From: Barthelona sp. PCE
Taxonomy: Eukaryota
Direction: 5' to 3'
DNA: 64,000 bases
Assembly: GCA_040285745.1 (NCBI GenBank)
Contig: JAUFOR010000008.1
Span: 310,001 to 374,000 of the forward strand
The notes under the pieces are model-generated. The model was not told where the DNA came from. It did no database searches and saw only the letters and a program-made list of their open reading frames with translations. The position numbers were made by a program, and so were the translations under genes. Numbering within the stretch: the stretch's first letter is position 1; the number at the start of each line of letters is the position of its first letter. Below are positions 1 to 10,200 of this stretch, one piece after another.

Positions 1-2124
1 ATAGTTATAATAATCCCATAACCCCTTCTTACTAAACCCAGGGAAGAATGCCTCAACATATTTCATAGGCAGTGCAGTCATGCCTGACATTGTTGTACCG
101 TCGCAGAAGGATGAATAAGCGCATACTTTAATGGATTTCATTACTGTATCAGCTTGGTAGGCCAAACTAAAATTCATTAATGACCCTGGTGTTAAATAGT
201 ACTCTCCTTTAAAAAATGTTGTACTGTCAACGCACTGAAACGCAAATCCCTTTTCTTGCACAAAAATCTGAGTTAAAGGGTCGCACATAGAGCAAAAGTG
301 TGAATTATCTCGGTTACTGTAAAAGAAAGAACATTTTGGAACAATTGGAATAGTAAAATTGTGTTTCATATACTGTACTTGAACATTGGTGTAGGTGACA
401 GCAACTGGGTTTGTAGCAACTATGTACCAATACTTTTCTTTAATCATGTTCAAGTACAAAAACATTGGTTCAATTTGTAAACATGTGGAGTAGTCATACT
501 CACGATAGGGCTTTGGTAACAAACATGATTCATGCTGTTTTGCTATTACCGTCCAGTCCTTATCATCAATATTCACTAGCGTGACTGCATTGTCATAGTT
601 AATGGGAAACGATGTTTCACATCCTGTGCTATGTATTTGTGCAAGTTTTGAAGTGATTGATAAATTTGGGCTGTTTGTTACATGAAGTTCACAATCTCCC
701 AGCACTCTATTAACAGTAATATCTCCACTAACACCGTCCATAGAAAGAAGGCTGCCAGTTATACCAAACATAAGATGTGACATATTAATGCTTTCCATTG
801 TGCAATTTTTTAGAAAAAGAGTAGTGTCCATTGAAGAAGCCCATGAAGAGATATGACTGTTCTTAAAGTAACTATCATCTACATGTATCACAAAATCACT
901 CGTTTGGTTACCAAAGAAAAAAGGAATGTTGAAAAAACAGTCGATTACATTTAGTTGTTGAATTTCTACAAGACCCACAAAATCATAAACAAACAAAAAG
1001 TTAAGGGAGCAATTAACACGATACATATCGATATTGACAGCTTTTACGTCAAATGGTGATGTACTAGCAAAAACAGATATAATTTCACTGTCTCGTATAT
1101 ACAAAGCTTCGACATAAAAATTTGAATTCAGCGACATAAGCATAAAGTCATTAACGTTGATGAACGTATTATTGACCATATTGATATTTTGATTCGTTCC
1201 GATTAAAGTTGCAAAATATGCACTTTGCTCATGATAAAAATTTTCAAAATAATTATTTTTCACATTTCCCCTAATATTAATGCACGGAAGCATGTATGTT
1301 GGAACACACTTACTATCAGTGAATGTATTATCCGTGAATATATTACAAGCAATATTAAGCTCAGAATTCGAAATAATATTTCTTTCAAAATTATTAATTT
1401 GTATCAGTCCATCAGTTACATTAGTGAACGTTGAATCTGTTATAGAAACAACTGATTCAATATATACTCTACCAGAAAATTCCATCCCAATCAAATCTGA
1501 TCCAGAACCAAAAGCTTTAAATATTACATTTTTCATTGATGAACCGGATATTTGGTATTTTCCATAGAACCCAATGGTTATTTCTGTGAATTTTGTGTCT
1601 AAGATTGTCATATCATCAGATGCTATTGAATATCCACTGATGAATGAATTATCTAACACAGAAAATGTATTGGCCCATAACAAATATTTGTTTGTTATAC
1701 AGTTGAGTGTGGAATTTTGAATGGTTGCTATGTTGATTCCAAATGAATCTAAACAGCTAAGTTTGGAATCAATTAATGTAAAATCGGAATTGTTAGACGG
1801 TAGTTCCAAGTAATTGATTGAAGATGAAAAATATTCTGTATTGGCGTTCAAAATCGTTATTTGACCTGCTATAGATACGTTATTAAATCTAATAGTGAGG
1901 GATTTGTCTGCATCGATAATTATCTTAACTGACTTGACTTCGAACTTAAAATCATCCAGCTCACAGTATGAAGCCTCGTAAATTTTAACACGACACAATT
2001 TTTCCTCATTCAAACAAGGAGCTAGGTCGTTTTTCAGTTTGCCACTCTCACATCTGGTTTCAACAGATATTGCGGTTAAGAGCGTGAATTGTAGAAGCAA
2101 AAAGATGAAGTTTAAGCTGCCCAT
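1..2124 (-). CDS. Secreted/surface protein, 3' end outside window (>=708 aa); Asn/Ile/Ser-rich beta-helix-like region followed by a Cys-containing region
   Basis: Absent from the ORF track. I read this frame by hand from the ATG at 2124 to base 1 and found no stop. The N-terminus MGSLNFIFLLLQFTLLTAIS is a signal peptide. Confidence 0.8.
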   Translation of the reverse strand, partial: MGSLNFIFLLLQFTLLTAISVETRCESGKLKNDLAPCLNEEKLCRVKIYEASYCELDDFKFEVKSVKIIIDADKSLTIRFNNVSIAGQITILNANTEYFSSSINYLELPSNNSDFTLIDSKLSCLDSFGINIATIQNSTLNCITNKYLLWANTFSVLDNSFISGYSIASDDMTILDTKFTEITIGFYGKYQISGSSMKNVIFKAFGSGSDLIGMEFSGRVYIESVVSITDSTFTNVTDGLIQINNFERNIISNSELNIACNIFTDNTFTDSKCVPTYMLPCINIRGNVKNNYFENFYHEQSAYFATLIGTNQNINMVNNTFINVNDFMLMSLNSNFYVEALYIRDSEIISVFASTSPFDVKAVNIDMYRVNCSLNFLFVYDFVGLVEIQQLNVIDCFFNIPFFFGNQTSDFVIHVDDSYFKNSHISSWASSMDTTLFLKNCTMESINMSHLMFGITGSLLSMDGVSGDITVNRVLGDCELHVTNSPNLSITSKLAQIHSTGCETSFPINYDNAVTLVNIDDKDWTVIAKQHESCLLPKPYREYDYSTCLQIEPMFLYLNMIKEKYWYIVATNPVAVTYTNVQVQYMKHNFTIPIVPKCSFFYSNRDNSHFCSMCDPLTQIFVQEKGFAFQCVDSTTFFKGEYYLTPGSLMNFSLAYQADTVMKSIKVCAYSSFCDGTTMSGMTALPMKYVEAFFPGFSKKGLWDYYNY

Positions 2125-2520
2125 TGACTACAACGAATCATGTAAAAGTTGAATTATGGAAACCAAGGCTTTTTGGTGTAAGTGAATATTTAGACGAAAA
2201 ATGTTTGTGGTGTTAGTCACAAAATTGAAGGATTGTGGTTCAAAATCTGCATCATCTCATTGAATGGGTAGTTTTCCAAATCCCATTTTTAGAAACCTGT
2301 GCAGGTACATCATTTGCAGTGTTTCGATAAAAAATGAGAAATTGGATTGGGAATACTGATATAATTTGCATAAATTAAGGAAGTTTTAGAATGGGCTTAT
2401 TTAACATACCACGGTAATGCCGATATATATACATCAAAATGTGTTTTTAATTGTCTTATGTGTCGTATAAGCAGCTTTTATAACAAAACAAATCTTGTTA
2501 TAACAAATATCACTCTTTCA

Positions 2521-3222
2521 ATGGATCCTTTTGACGAGGTTGCGACAGACGTTGACACAGGGTTGTCTGAGATCGTCAACGATTTGGTTTACTTAGAAAC
2601 AAGTCCTCCTTCAAGCCAAATGGAGATCAAAGAACAAATTTTACAAACACTTGAGGATGCTGGTGAAGATCTAGATGAGCTAAAGCGTGCCCTAGATGCC
2701 ATGAAGCAAGATCCTAGTAAGTTTCCTCTTTTAAATTCAGACATCATAAGGGATCGTGAGCGAATGATTAAATCGATGGAGGAGCGCTATAAGAATGTGA
2801 AAAATAGGGCAGCCCACTTCAGGATCAAAGTTCAAAACACACCACAAGCTGCAAAACCACAAGTTTCTTCAAAGTACGCAAAATATGAGCAAGATCAAGA
2901 TGAAGAACATCAGAATTATGTTGATCAGTACGAAGACCAGGTGGTTGAGGTGCTTGAGAAGGAAGAAATTGTCCTGACAGAGATAAATGATCAAGTAACA
3001 ACCATTAATGAAGTAGCGAAGATGATTAAGGATGAGCTTGATGTTCATGATGATATTATCACCAACATAGAGACAAAAACACTCACATTGAACGATCGTT
3101 TATTAAATGCAAGTGATAAAATTGATCAAGTAATCAAAATTTCAAAGAAAAGTAAGTATTGTTTAATAATTATGCTAATGATGGTTAATGTGTATCTCAT
3201 TTACAAAATAATGTTGGGGTAA
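2521..3222 (+). CDS. STX6: Syntaxin-6/Tlg1-like Qc-SNARE
   Basis: N-terminal DPFDEVATDV resembles Syntaxin-6_N. C-terminal SNARE heptads and a tail-anchor TM. Start placed at the ATG preceded by CTCTTTCA. Confidence 0.8.
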   Translation: MDPFDEVATDVDTGLSEIVNDLVYLETSPPSSQMEIKEQILQTLEDAGEDLDELKRALDAMKQDPSKFPLLNSDIIRDRERMIKSMEERYKNVKNRAAHFRIKVQNTPQAAKPQVSSKYAKYEQDQDEEHQNYVDQYEDQVVEVLEKEEIVLTEINDQVTTINEVAKMIKDELDVHDDIITNIETKTLTLNDRLLNASDKIDQVIKISKKSKYCLIIMLMMVNVYLIYKIMLG

Positions 3223-3248
3223 TGTAAATAGGCTAGCAATTATGAAGT

Positions 3249-5279
3249 TTATCGAGATAAATCGAAAACACAAGCTTTAAAATCATCTAAGTTGCTTGTA
3301 TCAGTAATAATCATCAGTTCACGAATAACAGCAAGCATTTCTTCAAAGTTCTTTGACATCTCCAATAACTTTTTAACTAAAACAGGTAGTTGTTGAGCTG
3401 AACTAACGCCGGAAACTTCTAACAATTCTTTGATAAGACGAACATGTTCCATTAGCGTTTCCCTCTCATTGACGAGGGTTTCGACGCGTGCTTCACTTTG
3501 TTCCATACGTGTAATATTCTTGAAAGATCCCTCAACTATTGACGTGAACTGACGCATCAATTCAGCACTACTTGCGCTTCCGTCCATATTCACACAACTC
3601 TTAAGTGACTGTAACACATTAGTTTGCTCACGCAGAGCTTGGTAGATCTCAGCAAGCTTTGGATATGCACCATCCTTATTTTTAATATCAAAAAGTGAAC
3701 AATAGTAGCTGAAAAATTCACGTAAATATTCATCAGTAACATCACTAAAGTTAATCTCTCCATCTGAATCGAATTTTGGAACAAATTTCTTTGATTCAAT
3801 AAATTTATGATATACTTCAAGTAAATTATCGATTTCAGTAAGTATTTGGGGTGAAACATTAATAATTTTCTTTGATTTTGCCGTTATTCTATTGAATATG
3901 CCTGATTGTGTTACTCTTTCATCGATTTTTGTTAGTAACACATGATTATCAAACACAACTCGTGCTTTCTTAATAACTTTTGGTAATTCCTCTATATCGT
4001 CCACCTTGCACAATTCACAAAGTTCTTGGAGGAATGCTCTTATCTTAGGCACACTGTTCACAACAAGACCAAGATTCTGCACGCCAATTAACAGTTGTTC
4101 TGGACGGCATTTCATTTGTAAACATAAGTCTCGAAGTAATTGCTCGCAATGCTCTCGGGAGAACTTCGCTATATTATGTAAGCCAAGCTTATACACTTCC
4201 CGATCCTGTTTCATTTTCTCTCTTGTGGTTGATGTATGAGGTTCAACAGGAACATAAGCAATTAGTTCTTCATCCACTTCATCCTCTAACAACAGTTCTA
4301 ATCTAACAATTTCTTCATCTTTTTCCTTGAGTTGGGCACGTGTTGGCCTGTTGATGAGCTCAGTTTCAATATTTTTCATTTGTGTTCTTAAATGAGTAAT
4401 TGTATTCCTCAGCTCCATAGAATTTTCCTTCTCTGCCGTTAAACTGTCCTTCTTCTCGTTGTAATCCTCTCGAAGATCCTCCAACTGCGTCTCCAACTGT
4501 GCTTTCTCTACCTTCAAAAGGGCAACAACTCGTGGTACTTCAAGATTTCCAGTTATTGTTGACGCTGGTAAAACTCCTTCTTCTAACTGTGCCTGTCTAT
4601 CAAGAAGGGAGTTGATTTTGCGACGCATGGTTGCCTTGATCACTTCTTCATCTTCACTATCAGTTTTTTCAGATTGAGATAACTCACTTACACGACTCTT
4701 TAACATATCATTCGAGCGTTCATATCTCCTTATTGTCTCCATCTGTTTGTCCACGAGTGCATTTAAACTGTCCTTATCTCTCTCAAGGTTTTCAATTCTT
4801 TTTTCCTGAACTTCAATTTCGAAATCTACATCATTAGTCTTCAACTGTTCATAATTCTTAAACAGACGAACAAAGTTCTTGAACAGGTTGCCCTCTGACA
4901 AGTCACTGAAATCCATTTTTAGTTTATCTGCCAAAAGATTCCAATTAACGATATCCTCTTTTAACTGTGTTGCTCCTTCAATAAAGAGCTTTCCAATCAC
5001 TTGCCTGGGGTTGCGGGACGTGGCAACAACCGATTTCTCGAATTCTTGCCCCTCAGTAATGGGAATACGTTCTGTTAGAGAATATGTTGCGTTTCTTATG
5101 GGACTAATGGTTTCTGCAGTGATTGCTGGTCTGGTGGCGGACGATATCGCGGAGAGCGCAGGGGTGGTGAGAACAGAAGTCGTTGTTACAGTCTCTGAAA
5201 TAGGTGTATCGAATGGTAAGAATGAAATTGTGCTCTCAAGCTCCTTCAAGAGATCTGGGGATGGTAATCGTTTAGACAT
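3249..5279 (-). CDS. CEP70: Centrosomal protein CEP70-like
   Basis: Long coiled coil plus C-terminal YYCSLFDIKNKDGAYPKLAEIY, similar to the CEP70 LFDV...GVYPRMNEVY motif. Start MSKRLP chosen; upstream ATG at 5342 is possible. Confidence 0.7.
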   Translation of the reverse strand: MSKRLPSPDLLKELESTISFLPFDTPISETVTTTSVLTTPALSAISSATRPAITAETISPIRNATYSLTERIPITEGQEFEKSVVATSRNPRQVIGKLFIEGATQLKEDIVNWNLLADKLKMDFSDLSEGNLFKNFVRLFKNYEQLKTNDVDFEIEVQEKRIENLERDKDSLNALVDKQMETIRRYERSNDMLKSRVSELSQSEKTDSEDEEVIKATMRRKINSLLDRQAQLEEGVLPASTITGNLEVPRVVALLKVEKAQLETQLEDLREDYNEKKDSLTAEKENSMELRNTITHLRTQMKNIETELINRPTRAQLKEKDEEIVRLELLLEDEVDEELIAYVPVEPHTSTTREKMKQDREVYKLGLHNIAKFSREHCEQLLRDLCLQMKCRPEQLLIGVQNLGLVVNSVPKIRAFLQELCELCKVDDIEELPKVIKKARVVFDNHVLLTKIDERVTQSGIFNRITAKSKKIINVSPQILTEIDNLLEVYHKFIESKKFVPKFDSDGEINFSDVTDEYLREFFSYYCSLFDIKNKDGAYPKLAEIYQALREQTNVLQSLKSCVNMDGSASSAELMRQFTSIVEGSFKNITRMEQSEARVETLVNERETLMEHVRLIKELLEVSGVSSAQQLPVLVKKLLEMSKNFEEMLAVIRELMIITDTSNLDDFKACVFDLSR

Positions 5280-5398
5280 CCTTGCTGAACGAGTAGCACG
5301 TGGTGAAAAAAGTGTAAAAAGGTGTAACAAGACTTTGTACATTACTGTCCTTTTATTTTTTAAAGAAAACTATTATCAGTGAGTGCAATTGTGCATTT

Positions 5399-5407
5399 TA
5401 AGCCACA
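5399..5407 (-). promoter_or_regulatory. Candidate upstream element TGTGGCTTA
   Basis: 120 nt upstream of the CEP70 ATG; exact copies at 19671 and 51704. Confidence 0.4.
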
Positions 5408-5611
5408 ATATTTGGTCCTCAATAACTATACGAACAGTATTGCGAAAAACCGAATGCCGCAAACACTGCGATTTTTTATATGTGAATTTTTCAATATGAT
5501 GCACATGTGATAAACTGTTGTAAGATAACCCATCCATTTAAAAAACTGAAATAACATTATAAAGAAGTGTATTCTGAATGATCATCCTTTTCAACAGTAC
5601 ATCGTAATTCA

Positions 5612-6277
5612 ATGTCTGATTCACAGCCATTTCGTCGCATAGGTCTTTCTAACCCCGCTGGATTCTCTGATCCTATTGTTCAACCCGAAACAGTTATTCC
5701 AAAGGCTCCGGTTGTTCAAAGCACAAATAGCAAGATCGATCAATCCCTCCTCCTTCCCGTTGTCGACACCGTTCCGTTACTGAAGGAACTGGGCATTGAT
5801 TTTGGTATGCTTTTTCACAGATTAAAATTAACACTCGCACCAACAAGCAATCCATCCTTTGATGTTATTAAGGGATTTGACTTCTTTGGTCCAGTACTTT
5901 TTTTCGTTTTTCTTGGTTTTATTCAGACGATGAGATCCAAGCTTCATTTTGGTTATTTATATGTTTTATTACTACTCGCTAGTTTTGCTTTCACATTCTT
6001 ACTGAGTTGCTTAAGTTTGGGTAAGTCATCATGCACAGTGTATCTTTCAGTTTCGATATTGGGATATTCAACTTTCCCAATGATTATATTTGCCTTGGTA
6101 CAATTGATAGTTGGTAATATATTTCCTGTTGTTCAATTCGTTTTATTTGTGTTGTGGTCAACGAAATCAGCTTCAGGTTGCTTTTCTGTGATTGCCAATA
6201 TACAAGAGTCTGCTATTCTAATTGGCTATCCTTGCTTTTTATATTTTTCAACAATTGCCACTTTGCTTCTTTTTTAG
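5612..6277 (+). CDS. YIP1: Yip1-family Golgi/ER membrane protein (YIPF5-like)
   Basis: PLLKELGIDF, DFFGP, KLHFGYLY, SILGY and GYPCFLYF motifs; 5 TMs. Confidence 0.9.
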   Translation: MSDSQPFRRIGLSNPAGFSDPIVQPETVIPKAPVVQSTNSKIDQSLLLPVVDTVPLLKELGIDFGMLFHRLKLTLAPTSNPSFDVIKGFDFFGPVLFFVFLGFIQTMRSKLHFGYLYVLLLLASFAFTFLLSCLSLGKSSCTVYLSVSILGYSTFPMIIFALVQLIVGNIFPVVQFVLFVLWSTKSASGCFSVIANIQESAILIGYPCFLYFSTIATLLLF

Positions 6278-6477
6278 GCATTCTTATTATTCGTTAAACA
6301 GTTCCCTCTCAATGTTTTTTGTTTGATTGGGATGCTAAAACGGTTTACAAAAAGTTATAAACTAACTTAACAGTTGAGTGGTGTGTTCAAAAGAAAAAGT
6401 GAACTGCAGAGTGAACTCGGATAACTGTAAAACCATTTATAAATGCAAGTAAGAAAATAAAATTTTTAAAAATATTG

Positions 6478-7029
6478 CTAAATACGTGTAGCATCATCTA
6501 CACTTGGGGTTTGAGGATGGCTCAGCAACCTGTTTGGTATTGCCCATCTAAACGCTGAACCTAATTTTGTGATTCTGTTTATCCAATCAGGTGTGTTTCT
6601 TCCAGTTAGGATAAATGCTAAAATCTGTGAGAAATGGTTGCAATTTCGGTCCAGTAGATGATAGGAATTTCCTAACCATGACTTTCCCAGGGCACTTACC
6701 ATTTCCAATACATTAAGCTTTGATAGTTCTGTTCTTCCCAAATATATGCTGCGGTTAAAGGTCACCAGACCCGGTGGGCATTTGGGTTTGGTTGAAAAAA
6801 TACCAGTTATTGAGTAAGCATGTCCGCCAAATGCAAATTCACTGTCAAAAACTTCAATAGCTGTATGAAAAGCCCCAATTCCCAATTTCTGTAGAACCCT
6901 GTTGGCATTTGTTAGGTTATAAACGTTTAAATAGACTGAATTCAAACATTTCCCTTTCATAGCACGTTCTGACTGGTCTTGATCCCTTAAAGGTTGTGTT
7001 GTTTCTGCTGAAGATTGCTCTTCGGGCAT
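6478..7029 (-). CDS. PPPDE/DeSI peptidase (deubiquitinase/desumoylase)
   Basis: VYLNVY, GAFHTAIEV (catalytic His) and YHLLDRNCNHFS (catalytic Cys). Confidence 0.93.
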   Translation of the reverse strand: MPEEQSSAETTQPLRDQDQSERAMKGKCLNSVYLNVYNLTNANRVLQKLGIGAFHTAIEVFDSEFAFGGHAYSITGIFSTKPKCPPGLVTFNRSIYLGRTELSKLNVLEMVSALGKSWLGNSYHLLDRNCNHFSQILAFILTGRNTPDWINRITKLGSAFRWAIPNRLLSHPQTPSVDDATRI

Positions 7030-7230
7030 AAAATTTAGAGATTACAGGAAAGATAAAATGGATATAAATATATACAAGTTCTTCATCACAATATTCTTTC
7101 TTAGTTCAGCTGTATGGCGATAATAAGAATGTTTGAAGCTGTGCAACCGCGCCTTACCCCTTAATTTCAGCAAACAAAAAAATAACTCATTTATTCTGTT
7201 GATGATTTGGGGAAAAATTGGACGAAAAAA

Positions 7231-10200
7231 TTATTGAAAACGCTGCATGCGATCATGTACCTGCTCCAATGTTATCTGCTGGATGCTTGCGACGCTGCAC
7301 TGACCAAAATGCCCACAATGACCAAGCGACAGACACGAGAAGCAGAACTCGCAGTTACATGTGGGGCACGCCATACTCTTGCACCCATGGCTGTGCTCAG
7401 TGGGTGTCAGACAGTTTGGACATACGCGAACAGATGGAACATTATCAATTTGGTTAAACACAATCGTCTTCAGTGGCGCATTCTTCAGTCGGTTGTTGAG
7501 CTCGTCAACATCTTGTTGAGTCCACTGTGAGAGACGCTGCACGATAAGAAGCTTGAACTCGTTTGGGAGGATGCCGCGGATGGCAAGCGGCAGTCCCTCA
7601 CGAACACGTAAAATGTTATTGGGCAACCTCAGTGTATGATCACAAAGAGCAATTGAGGGCAGCATTGTGTCGTCTGGTTGTAGGATGACGGTGAATGAAT
7701 GCAATTCTGGTGAGCTGTTGAGCCAATACACGAATTGCAGCATATCGAGCGAGTTGAATCCTTGCACCACCTCTGTAAAAGCTTCGCGCACGTTGTTAGG
7801 AACCACATCGCCGAACTCTAGCGTAGCCAAAACATGCTCGGCAGTGAAGCGAGGAGGTCCACACAAAATCGTCTTCACCTCTTTGAATGTGAGTGTAACA
7901 CTTAATTCTCTTAAAAGAAGCTGAGAATGAAAGCACTCATGAATGACATGTGACAAATTCGTCCACTGATTGGAAAACTGCAGTCTAGCAAATTCAAAAA
8001 ATTCATTAATATTATCTGAAGCTACTAGCTTATCTTCTCCACCAAAAAAGTTAAAATTCAGATTTCTCTCACGTAACATGCGTAATATTGCTGCAGATTC
8101 GTTTGGAAAAACCCTAGCAAAAACATTAGGCTCCATTAATTTGTCAAAATCATTACTAAGAGCATTTAAAAAGAATTGACTCAGTTGTGTATCATCTACT
8201 GGAGCCTGAAACATTAAACAACAGCTAATGAATCCACATAAAGCTCTTATAAAGTCCAAGGAAGATGTTAAATTGATACTATAATGATCTAAAACTCTAT
8301 TCTCGAAAATATATTCTGTAAACTGCATTAATGAGAGTGGTTCTTCATTGGGAATCTCGATTGTGGCACCAAAATACTCTGTTGCATCAATTAAAGTGCT
8401 TGTATCTTTGAAAACACGAGTAAAAAAGTCATAAAAACATTCATCTTCATCTTGAATAATGTTTGCTTCACCTACACGGCCTTCACTATCCCGCACCTGT
8501 CCCTGTTTGGTAACAACAAACTGTACAGTCTGTTTTCTGATGAGTCCCAAACGATCACTGCTTCCATCTCTAACGGACCACTGATAACTAACTAACTGAT
8601 ATATTGATGGTCTGAGCATGGGATCTTCAGCCAGACATCTTTGAATAATTTCACAGTGCAAAGATTGATCATCAGAGAATATTGTTGATAATGTCATTCC
8701 GACCGAAAAAATATCACTTTCAAAGGTGATATTCTCGTTTCTAAGCACCTCAGGCGCCATAAAACCCACCGTTCCAACAATAGAATTACTTAAAGTTGAT
8801 GAAGAGTCAACACTAACACCGAAATCGCACAATTTCACTTTAGGATTGAAACCATTTTCATCACAGAAAACAAGAATGTTCTTTGGCTTTATGTCACGCA
8901 GCATTATACCCTTTGCATGCATGGAAAACACACAAAGTACGAGCTGTTGCGCTATTGAATTTTTTCTTACCAAATCAACACCTGGAAACGAAATCAAATA
9001 CTGATCAAGATCATAAGGTGCGCGTTCAAGCTCTATACAAACAAATTTGACTGAAGCAGAGCCATCCCTCATCTCAGGAACCAGTACTACATCCTTTAAC
9101 TCAACTGTGCACTGATCCATTTTGGTGAGTATGCGCAGTTCTCGTCTTAGCGCCTTTAGATTGGCATCTCGGTTTCCCTTAAACCTCTCAGATACACATA
9201 TACACTTAACAAACCGATCACCATTAGGTTCACAACAGTTGAATAAACCAGCATCTTCTAAACTTCCTTGCATATAGTGATCAAAGTTAATGATCTTGGG
9301 GACGAATGGGAACCTGATGGAAGATAATTGTAATTCGGTTAAAGCTGAGGTTAAATTGACTGACAAAGAATATTCACAAATTTTTCCATTCAATTCTTTT
9401 AGATATTCATAATAATTCATACACAATTCTTTTTTGGCACAAGAAAAATAATCCCCTTTCAGAGATGTGATGTCATCTATGTGACGTTGAACTTGATCTC
9501 TAATTGTGTACAAAAGATTAAAATCACAACCTTCACCGTCAGCTGATTTTAACAAAATGTCCACGATGAATCTATCTATATCATCTATAAGCTCATATTT
9601 ATCCACCATAATCGCTGCTACTGAGCGGGCATCAAGCAGCACGGATAATGACGTGTTAAAGAAAAAATCAAAGCATCTATCCACATTTTTCAATTTTTTC
9701 AGTACAGATGCATGCTTCTGTTCATTGACTGTAATGTCAAGCAAAGGGAATGCGGTAGCTAACTCCTCAAAGCGAGTATTAAACAGTACAGTGAGTGATT
9801 CAGTGATGCCGTGATCTGATACGATATTATCCATACATCTTACAAACTTAATAGCCTCGTCTAGTTCGCGTATGTGGCCCGCCATATCCTTAATCTCAAT
9901 ATATGTACCCAACAAATGTGCTACATCCTTACAAGGCACAATTAACTTACAAACATCGGTGTAACATCTGTTGGTGCATTGAATTAATTCAGAATACTCC
10001 ACATTGCCTGAATTCGGCACTGTTCGGCTGATTGCATCGAGAGCAATGGTTAGTCTCGACTTCATTTGAGCATTCTGTGCTAATACCAATTGTTTCATTG
10101 AAAGTTTCATTTCTTCAATCTCAACCTTTAACTTGAGGTGTTCAGACTTTAATTTCTCATGGTCATTCCTTAACAGATCATATCTTTTCTGTAAACAAAT

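Noticed and set aside
5496-5578. Possible C/D snoRNA (ATGATG...CTGA)
   Set aside because: Imperfect C box, no terminal stem and no recognisable rRNA guide.
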